Of a DNA stretch of 64,000 nucleotides, positions 58,237-64,000 are shown in pieces. Below the pieces are notes generated by a model. It was given only the letters and a program-made list of their open reading frames with translations. It was not told where the DNA came from and ran no database searches. A program made the position numbers and the translations under genes. Numbering within the stretch: position 1 is the stretch's first letter; each line of letters begins with the position of its first letter. Origin of the DNA: an uncultured virus (IMG/VR IMGVR_UViG_3300035188_001352) (lineage: Duplodnaviria > Heunggongvirae > Uroviricota > Caudoviricetes); IMG/VR virus record IMGVR_UViG_3300035188_001352, positions 1-64,000 of that record; one strand, 5' to 3'.

Positions 58237-58593
58237 TTATAAGGTGGCCTCGCTGGTAGGATTTGAACCCACGACCGTAGGGATAGAAGCCCTCTGCTCT
58301 ATTCCAACTGAGCTACAGCGAGTTTGTTCTTCGACTTTCAATAGTTCATATCGTTCAACATCATACATTGACTCAAACCAAATCGTAAACACTACAGGCA
58401 ATTGGTATTGTGCTAATTGCTTTGTAACCCATTCAATGTTGTCATTTCGGATAACACGACCTGTCTTTAAGCACAATGCAATTGCAGTATTACAGAAGTA
58501 ATAGTAAGTTCTAAACCGTATCAGAACTATGCCAGCTTCTCGAGCTGTATTTTCTGCTTCATGTGAAACTGTGCCTCGTTGAAATCCACTCAT
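58237..58593 (-). CDS. Hypothetical protein reading through tRNA-Arg
   Basis: 118 aa; last ~28 codons overlap the tRNA on the same strand. Confidence 0.45.
   Translation of the reverse strand: MSGFQRGTVSHEAENTAREAGIVLIRFRTYYYFCNTAIALCLKTGRVIRNDNIEWVTKQLAQYQLPVVFTIWFESMYDVERYELLKVEEQTRCSSVGIEQRASIPTVVGSNPTSEATL
58245..58322 (-). tRNA. tRNA-Arg(UCU)
   Basis: Loop CTTCTAT, TTCAAAT T-loop, GCCA end. Confidence 0.85.
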
Positions 58594-58621
58594 CGTCTAT
58601 TCTCTCTATCTCTAAAACTTT

Positions 58622-58691
58622 CAGTCTGTAAGTGAGTCGAACACTTCCTACATCGTTCATAGCGACGGGTCTAGAATCCGCTAGACAGGCT
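58622..58691 (-). tRNA. Degenerate tRNA-like gene with AUG anticodon, no CCA
   Basis: CGTCG-CTATGAA-CGATG arm, AAGTG-TTCGACT-CACTT T-arm, acceptor AGCCTGT/ACAGACT with one mismatch. Confidence 0.5.
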
Positions 58692-58872
58692 ATAATGGTT
58701 TTGATTGAACCGTTACTTCATACTTTTGATATAAATCTTCAGTCCAAATCGTTACTTCAAAATTGTATTCCGAACCGACTGCATGTGTAAATTCCACACG
58801 AACATCTTTAGGATTTACGTTATGTTGGATTGCCATCATTTCTTGAACTGCTTTATTCTTCATCTTAGTTTC

Positions 58873-59479
58873 TCACCATTGTAATTCAAACCAGTATTCA
58901 GTAACTGGTGTTTCAATAAAGTTATCATTTTCATCTACAATAACACCGAGACCGCCCCGCCGCTGACCATAATGATTTTTGCATTGATCGTGAAATCCAA
59001 ATCCAATAGCTTTCACTTCACTTCTAATCTTTTCTTGAAATGGCGTTAATATCACCATACCACGAGCATCAATATTAGGTTCAAATTTAGAAGGAAACTC
59101 TTTGGTCAAGTTCAAAACTCGCCCACCGTTAGTAGCATGTTCCCTAACTTTCGTATCTAATTTGTCAAGAAATTCTTTGACAACAGTATTGCTAACTTTG
59201 GTAAGTTCAACGGCTTCTCTTGCAGTAATCATCTTAGGTTCCCCCTCTCTTTTATAGTGAGCAATGATAAACAACTAACTTTTGGTACTTCAGTGGGAAT
59301 TCAGGAAACTTGTTCTTTACCCAATCCAATGAAGTAAATCCTGTAGGATAACCATGAATTGTCAAAGTAAACTCACGAGACAATTCATACTTCTTATTAG
59401 TTGTTGCAAGCTCTTGAATAAACTTTCTAATCTCATTAAGATTGGGTTGGCCATTATCAAACTGAAATGTTGTACTCAT
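58873..59479 (-). CDS. Two hypothetical early genes (58873-59274, 59252-59479)
   Basis: Co-oriented ORFs downstream of promoter 59515-59542. Confidence 0.55.
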
Positions 59480-59514
59480 CGTAGTTCTCCATACGTTTGT
59501 TTGAATATGGGTCT

Positions 59515-59568
59515 ATTATAAACAGTTTTCTAGATTTGTAAACAACTAAAAGTGATAACTACTTCACA
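59515..59568 (-). promoter_or_regulatory. Early promoter with upstream palindrome-family site
   Basis: GTTTACA-N16-TATAAT; TGATAACTACTTCACA at 59553-59568. Confidence 0.65.
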
Positions 59569-60389
59569 AAAATGCAGCTAAGATTTCACCAACGAGCTCT
59601 ATCAAACCGCCCAAGATTTCTAATGAACCTTCTGTCTTATGACCTCGGCTCAATCTGATAATACCCCAAACTACTAACAATCCTGCTACAATAGCTAATC
59701 CACTAATTACTGGCATTGACAATATCCTGTAATGCTTGCATTCCTGTACGTATTGCAAAGTTAACAACATCCAAATCTATCCAAGTATCTTCAGTATCAA
59801 TTCCATCTTGGATGTCTTTTTCCAATTGCTTTCGCGTATTCCATAACTGAGATAAGCTCATCTGACCAACACCTCTATCTTCAACGCTGTACTTTAGCAT
59901 ATGTCACCATTCGTTTCAATTGAATAAGTTCAGCTTCAAAGTCATAACCATCTTGCAAAAAGCGACCTCTATCATTGCTGAAATAAAGCAAACCATTTTC
60001 TATGTCTAGTCTAAGCAGCATTGGCCGTGGGTGTTCTCGTGTCATATGCAATGCTAATACACTAGATGCATGATGTTCCACATCTTCAACAAGTATTGCT
60101 ATTTGCTTTACTGGTTGTATCTGAACTAAAGTACCTTTCTTCATTCTTCAGTTTGGCTTTTATACACTGTCAATAAAACAAATTGCTCAAAACTATAATG
60201 CTCAAAGTACTCATAGTACTTTGTTAAGTATTCTTCAAGAGCTTTTTCAGCCTGCTCAATTGAATTGAATAAACCATCATTCAATTTGAACTCATCATAT
60301 TGAGGTCCATAAATGTGAGTATCTACTTGAGTCAAATCACCGTTTTCATCCAATACTTTCCACAAATATTTTTTACAAAACATTTTCAT
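59564..60389 (-). CDS. Run of four small hypothetical genes (59564-59770, 59703-59900, 59881-60144, 60141-60389)
   Basis: Overlapping co-oriented ORFs downstream of promoter 60418-60446. Confidence 0.5.
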
Positions 60390-60487
60390 TTACTCCTACA
60401 TTTTCGAATATGTAATTATTATAACTACAAGCGACAAAAATGTAAATCATCAAATGTAAAACTGGTTAACAGTTTTCACATATTATC

Positions 60488-60563
60488 TGGCAGGCGGCTT
60501 CAGATTCGAACTGAAATCCCACGGCTTTGGAGGCCGGAATACTAGCCGTTGTACTAACCACCT
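60488..60563 (-). tRNA. tRNA-Trp(CCA)
   Basis: Loop CTCCAAA, GCCA end. Confidence 0.9.
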
Positions 60564-60570
60564 ATATCTT

Positions 60571-60646
60571 TGGTGGACCCGGATGGAATCGAACCATCGA
60601 CACCATGCTCTTCAGGCACGTGCTCTTCCTACTGAGCTACAGGTCC
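60571..60646 (-). tRNA. tRNA-Phe(GAA)
   Basis: Loop CTGAAGA, ACCA end. Confidence 0.9.
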
Positions 60647-61179
60647 AAATTCTTTTTAAAAATAATTTTTTCAAACATTTCTATTGCATTATCTCTTTTA
60701 ATCCATTCTCCAGTTTCTTTAAATATTTCTGGATGATGTAAAATCTTTTTCTCTGCAGTAATCCTATCTAATACAAACTCATATTTTAATACTTTAAATC
60801 TTCTTAGCGGATCATAAGTTTGATAAGAATTTAACCTCGAGGGAAGGTCAATAGTCATACCAATCTTATAATGATCGGGATATACTATATTCTCAATGAG
60901 ATAAATCATTCCAGATTTCATATCATGAAATTTTGCATCTCGTTGAAAATTAAGTTTTAATAAATTTAATCCTGCTAATCGTCGTGCATATCTAGTATTA
61001 GAATTTTTATGTGTTCCTTTATTTGTTTTTCCAGCAATATTACCATAGTGAGTAATGTAACTTTGTAAATGATATTCATTTATTTGAAATATTCCACTAT
61101 ATGGAATTATTCCAGAATACATCATCTGTCCAATTACAATTTGTTCTAAAGCGGTTGCTGGTTTCATTTTACTACTCAA
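60637..61179 (-). CDS. GIY-YIG / T5orf172-like putative homing endonuclease
   Basis: GMIYLIEN...YKIGMT....RL.SYQT...AEK.I...GEW; lies between two tRNAs; ATG start likely 61167. Confidence 0.7.
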   Translation of the reverse strand: MSSKMKPATALEQIVIGQMMYSGIIPYSGIFQINEYHLQSYITHYGNIAGKTNKGTHKNSNTRYARRLAGLNLLKLNFQRDAKFHDMKSGMIYLIENIVYPDHYKIGMTIDLPSRLNSYQTYDPLRRFKVLKYEFVLDRITAEKKILHHPEIFKETGEWIKRDNAIEMFEKIIFKKNLDL

Positions 61180-61237
61180 AGTTTGTTAGACTAAAGATAT
61201 TCTAACACAAAAACTTTTAAAAGTAAAATTATTTTGA

Positions 61238-61313
61238 TGGTGAGACGCTCGGGGCTTGAACCCGAAACCCTCGGATTAAAAATCCGATGCTCTACCTATT
61301 GAGCTAGCGTCTC
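61238..61313 (-). tRNA. tRNA-Lys(UUU)
   Basis: TCGGA-TTTTTAA-TCCGA arm, ACCA end. Confidence 0.9.
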
Positions 61314-61503
61314 ATTCGTTTTTCATTCTAAGTTGATTTACCGTGCCAACTTAGTCCGAATGAATGAGAGCTAAATTGACACTAAAGTTTAACGCACCAT
61401 CGTTGATGATGGTGGCATCTAAATCGCTTGCTCATAAATGTCTTCATGTGATTTATTACCTTTAGTGTGTTGAAATGATTTATACTACGTGTTATTTATT
61501 TAT

Positions 61504-61950
61504 TTATAGACTTTTTATTTTTTCTTGTAATAAAGAAAAACTTTTTACTAAAGTCTCAAACCTTTCTTTTAGTTCAGCCTCATCTGGCATTGAAAAAGGT
61601 TTATGATTATCAAGTTTTATTAGCTTGACAGTATCCGCATCTACAATTTGATAATGTATTATGAATTCAGAAACATAATCTCCAAACTCATATTTCTTAT
61701 ATCGATTCTGTTTGATATAAGAAGGAATACCAATATGATAATGCCACAAATGAAACTTATTAGCATATTCAGCTTTAGCTAAGAAATCTCGTTTATTTGT
61801 ATTTGCTTCATTAGAATTTTTATTTCTACCTTGCAAACCCTCAAAACCTTTAGTTTCTAGATGTTGAACAAAATCATAAATTTTATCAAAATCAGCATCA
61901 TTCTGTCTAGCTAACCAAGCATTGAACTTTTTACTATATTGCACATCCAT
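61504..61950 (-). CDS. Putative RelE-superfamily toxin-like RNase
   Basis: M.V.YSKKF..., GRNK, LWHYHIG, IIHY, ..H.PF pattern; downstream of small acidic gene with TAATG overlap. Confidence 0.45.
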   Translation of the reverse strand: MDVQYSKKFNAWLARQNDADFDKIYDFVQHLETKGFEGLQGRNKNSNEANTNKRDFLAKAEYANKFHLWHYHIGIPSYIKQNRYKKYEFGDYVSEFIIHYQIVDADTVKLIKLDNHKPFSMPDEAELKERFETLVKSFSLLQEKIKSL

Positions 61951-62183
61951 TATGCATCAGCCTCAATTTCGCCTTCTGCACATTTTCTAACCCAGTCTCT
62001 CATTTGTTCTCGGGTCAATCCTTTTGGAACAGTGAAAGAAGGTTCTTTTATTATCTGTTCAATCTCAGCTTGCCAATTTGCAGTCTCTACTAAGAATTCT
62101 TCAGCTGAAGCACCTGGCTTATGGGCCATCATGCCAAGAGCTTCATATGTTTTTATTTGTTCTTCAGTCATCAGTTCAGTCAT
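61950..62183 (-). CDS. Small acidic protein, putative antitoxin
   Basis: 77 aa; translationally coupled to the downstream toxin-like gene; own promoter near 62209-62237. Confidence 0.4.
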   Translation of the reverse strand: MTELMTEEQIKTYEALGMMAHKPGASAEEFLVETANWQAEIEQIIKEPSFTVPKGLTREQMRDWVRKCAEGEIEADA

Positions 62184-62254
62184 GTCTGCTTCTCCTTAAT
62201 TTTGAGATATTATACCTTTTATATATGTTATTGTATACAATATCTTCACGTAAC

Positions 62255-62270
62255 TGATAACTGGTTATCA
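62255..62270. promoter_or_regulatory. Palindromic site TGATAACTGGTTATCA
   Basis: Direct reading; same family as 50956. Confidence 0.55.
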
Positions 62271-62277
62271 CTTTATT

Positions 62278-62316
62278 TGGAAGCGAGTGTAGGAATCGAA
62301 CCTACCTAGACGAGCT
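62278..62316 (-). pseudogene. Orphan 3' half of a tRNA
   Basis: AGCTCGTCTAG-GTAGG-TTCGATT-CCTAC-ACTCGCT-TCCA with no adjacent 5' half. Confidence 0.7.
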
Positions 62317-62334
62317 ACACAGGCATTAAACTTT

Positions 62335-62342
62335 TATAAATA
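62335..62342 (+). promoter_or_regulatory. Late promoter TATAAATA followed by a hairpin leader
   Basis: Exact consensus; AGGTTAGCTGGTAT / ATATCAGCAACCT stem follows. Confidence 0.6.
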
Positions 62343-62427
62343 GGTTAGCTGGTATTTACGAGATATCAGCAACCTGAGCTAGAGTTTCAGGCTGTCCCTA
62401 TACATTTATTTATGCTAGAGAAAAAAC

Positions 62428-63219
62428 ATGAAAAACTTTAAATATTCAACCAAATGTTCTTGTATTATATGTAATCAAGAAACTACTACGCAAAGTTTAA
62501 ATAAACATTACGAAAGTCATTTAAAACCAATTATTACTAAGACTTGTCCTAAATGTAAATCTATTCATTCTAATCATGGAATCTTTTGTTCTAGAATTTG
62601 CGCAAATTCTAGAACACCTTCAGAATTAACTAAACAAAAAACTGCAAATACTTTAAAAGAAATCTTTTCGGTTAATCCACCAATTAAAAAATATCCAGAG
62701 TACACACCAATATCTTTTTGCACTAACTGTTCAAAACTTTTTATTGGATTGAAATCCACATGCTCCCAAGAATGTTTAACGGCAAGACTACAGTCAGCCG
62801 GCAAAAAATCAGCTTCAGTTCAAATCAAACGCTCAAGAGATGAAATTACTCTATATGAGCTATGTAAATCTTATTTTTCTAATGTTGAACATAATCAACC
62901 AATTTTTGAGGGTTGGGATGCTGACATTATTATTCATGATATCAAAACTGCTATTCTCTGGAATGGCCCATGGCATTATAAAGATTTAGGTTTTAACAAT
63001 CATTCACTCAAACAAGTTCAAAATAGGGATAAACTAAAAATAAATATCATCAACAAAATGGGATGGAAATCTTTAGTCTTTGAAGATCGTTATTATACTC
63101 CAAAACAAGCTTTTAGTTTTTTAATTTCTCAAATATCTCAAATATCTAAAGAAGCGGGTGCTGGATTCGAACACAGCGTCCACGAGGGTTATGAGCCCTG
63201 TAATCTACCACTGATATAA
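62428..63219 (+). CDS. Putative homing endonuclease (Zn ribbons + PD-(D/E)xK/Vsr-like domain)
   Basis: Several CxxC / FCS..C modules; S..E..L, WDADI, W.GPWHY, QNRD..K motifs; antisense to the tRNA cluster. Confidence 0.7.
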   Translation: MKNFKYSTKCSCIICNQETTTQSLNKHYESHLKPIITKTCPKCKSIHSNHGIFCSRICANSRTPSELTKQKTANTLKEIFSVNPPIKKYPEYTPISFCTNCSKLFIGLKSTCSQECLTARLQSAGKKSASVQIKRSRDEITLYELCKSYFSNVEHNQPIFEGWDADIIIHDIKTAILWNGPWHYKDLGFNNHSLKQVQNRDKLKINIINKMGWKSLVFEDRYYTPKQAFSFLISQISQISKEAGAGFEHSVHEGYEPCNLPLI

Positions 63220-63225
63220 CCCGCA
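63152..63225 (-). tRNA. tRNA-Met(CAU), initiator-like, no encoded CCA
   Basis: GGG/CCC pairs in anticodon stem, loop CTCATAA, unpaired 1:72. Confidence 0.75.
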
Positions 63226-63246
63226 TTTTTATTTAAAAGGTTTTAT

Positions 63247-63318
63247 CTCCGGGGCAGGGAATCGAACCCCGCTCACACGGTTTAACAGACCGGCCGCACA
63301 CCTTGTGCGTTCCCCGGA
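63247..63318 (-). tRNA. tRNA-Asn(GUU), no encoded CCA
   Basis: Loop CTGTTAA; acceptor TCCGGGG/CCCCGGA + G; TTCGATT T-loop. Confidence 0.8.
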
Positions 63319-63353
63319 GATAAAACCTCTTCTTTATCAATTTTGTTAGAACT

Positions 63354-63382
63354 ATTATACACCAAAAATTTGTCAGTGTAAA
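63354..63382 (-). promoter_or_regulatory. Early promoter upstream of tRNA-Asn
   Basis: TTTACA-N17-TATAAT. Confidence 0.6.
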
Positions 63383-63385
63383 TAT

Positions 63386-63610
63386 TTATTTATACTTTTT
63401 ACTAAATTTATTTCTGTAGTACTTCAATGTTGCTTTTGGATGTAAAAGTATTCCACCGATTGTAGCAATAGCCAACATTGGAAATGCTAATACCCACTTG
63501 TACCAAGGTGTTGGCTTACCGTTAGAATGTTTACGACCTATGTTCTTAGCGAAATCTACCACACTTGCTAATGTCCATACAAGTATAACAATTATTACCA
63601 AAGAAATCAT
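63386..63610 (-). CDS. Small two-TM membrane protein
   Basis: Two hydrophobic helices, basic C-terminus; TAATG overlap with panD. Confidence 0.6.
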   Translation of the reverse strand: MISLVIIVILVWTLASVVDFAKNIGRKHSNGKPTPWYKWVLAFPMLAIATIGGILLHPKATLKYYRNKFSKKYK

Positions 63611-63954
63611 TATGATTCTACCTTCAGGTTTTTATCATCAACAAAAACTACTTTTGGTCGAAACTCGTCAGTTCGTTTGACTTGTCCATACGCACAAATG
63701 ATAATCAAATCATTCACCATTCCAAGTCGTGCAGCAGAACCATTCAATGCTATCATACCAGGAACTTCACTTGGAATAGCATATGTAATGAATCGCTCAC
63801 CATTGTTGATGTTGTATATATGGATTTGTTCATGCTCTTCAATACCACTTGAATACATCAAGTCTTTATCAATTGAGCATGAACCATGGTAATCCAAGTT
63901 AGCTTCGATTACTGTAGCTCGATGGATTTTAGACTTCAATACAGTAATTAGCAT
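63610..63954 (-). CDS. panD: Aspartate 1-decarboxylase
   Basis: LKSKIHRATV..ANL.Y.GS.SID autocleavage site, NNGERF.TY, LNGSAAR. Confidence 0.95.
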   Translation of the reverse strand: MLITVLKSKIHRATVIEANLDYHGSCSIDKDLMYSSGIEEHEQIHIYNINNGERFITYAIPSEVPGMIALNGSAARLGMVNDLIIICAYGQVKRTDEFRPKVVFVDDKNLKVES

Positions 63955-64000
63955 ATGTTATGTTTAGAGAGTTTCATTATTGAGTGTATTTTTCATATGC

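Noticed and set aside
60300..60736. Plus-strand ORFs 60300-60545 and 60527-60736 (also 55089-55319, 58244-58501)
   Set aside because: Antisense translations of tRNA genes and neighbouring CDSs
62317..63151. Group I intron splitting a tRNA
   Set aside because: The upstream tRNA is already complete, the anticodon stems of the two halves do not match, and no group I core could be recognised
1..64000. Stop-codon reassignment as in some jumbo phages
   Set aside because: Conserved genes (terL, sheath, tube, panD) are full length in the standard code; TAA, TAG and TGA all end genes; no suppressor tRNA seen
1..64000. Prophage in, or chimera with, a bacterial chromosome
   Set aside because: Host-like genes are interleaved with phage genes and share phage-type promoters and composition; no integrase, rRNA or housekeeping operons

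Overview
AT-rich segment of a large T4-like (jumbo) myophage genome, standard genetic code. It carries morphogenesis genes: terminase large and probable small subunit, gp4-like head-completion nuclease, tail tube and tube-like proteins, gp13/gp14-like neck proteins, gp15-like tail terminator and tail sheath. These have T4-type late promoters (ATAAATA). The right part is an accessory region with T4-type early promoters, about a dozen tRNA or tRNA-like genes, two homing-endonuclease-like genes and many host-like envelope or metabolic genes (di-heme cytochrome c peroxidase family, Lpp/OprI-like lipoprotein, L,D-transpeptidase, PEP-CTERM-type protein, metallopeptidase, FeoA, PanD). The standout feature is a family of 29 paralogous 210-310 aa genes: 14 in tandem between terS and terL, 13 in a second tandem block, and 2 orphans. 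Almost all have an N-terminal tag like the T4 capsid-targeting sequence. All have a hypervariable, partly LRR-like body and a near-invariant C-terminal tag (CQRELIEKDLDEYAEF/L). In the tandem blocks the DNA of that C-terminal tag also encodes the start, and often the first residues, of the next gene, so the blocks look like shuffleable, late-expressed cassette arrays of candidate head-packaged effector proteins. A small unannotated ArfA-like ORF with a 22-bp hairpin over its 3' end was also found. All functional calls come from motif recognition by eye; no database searches were run.
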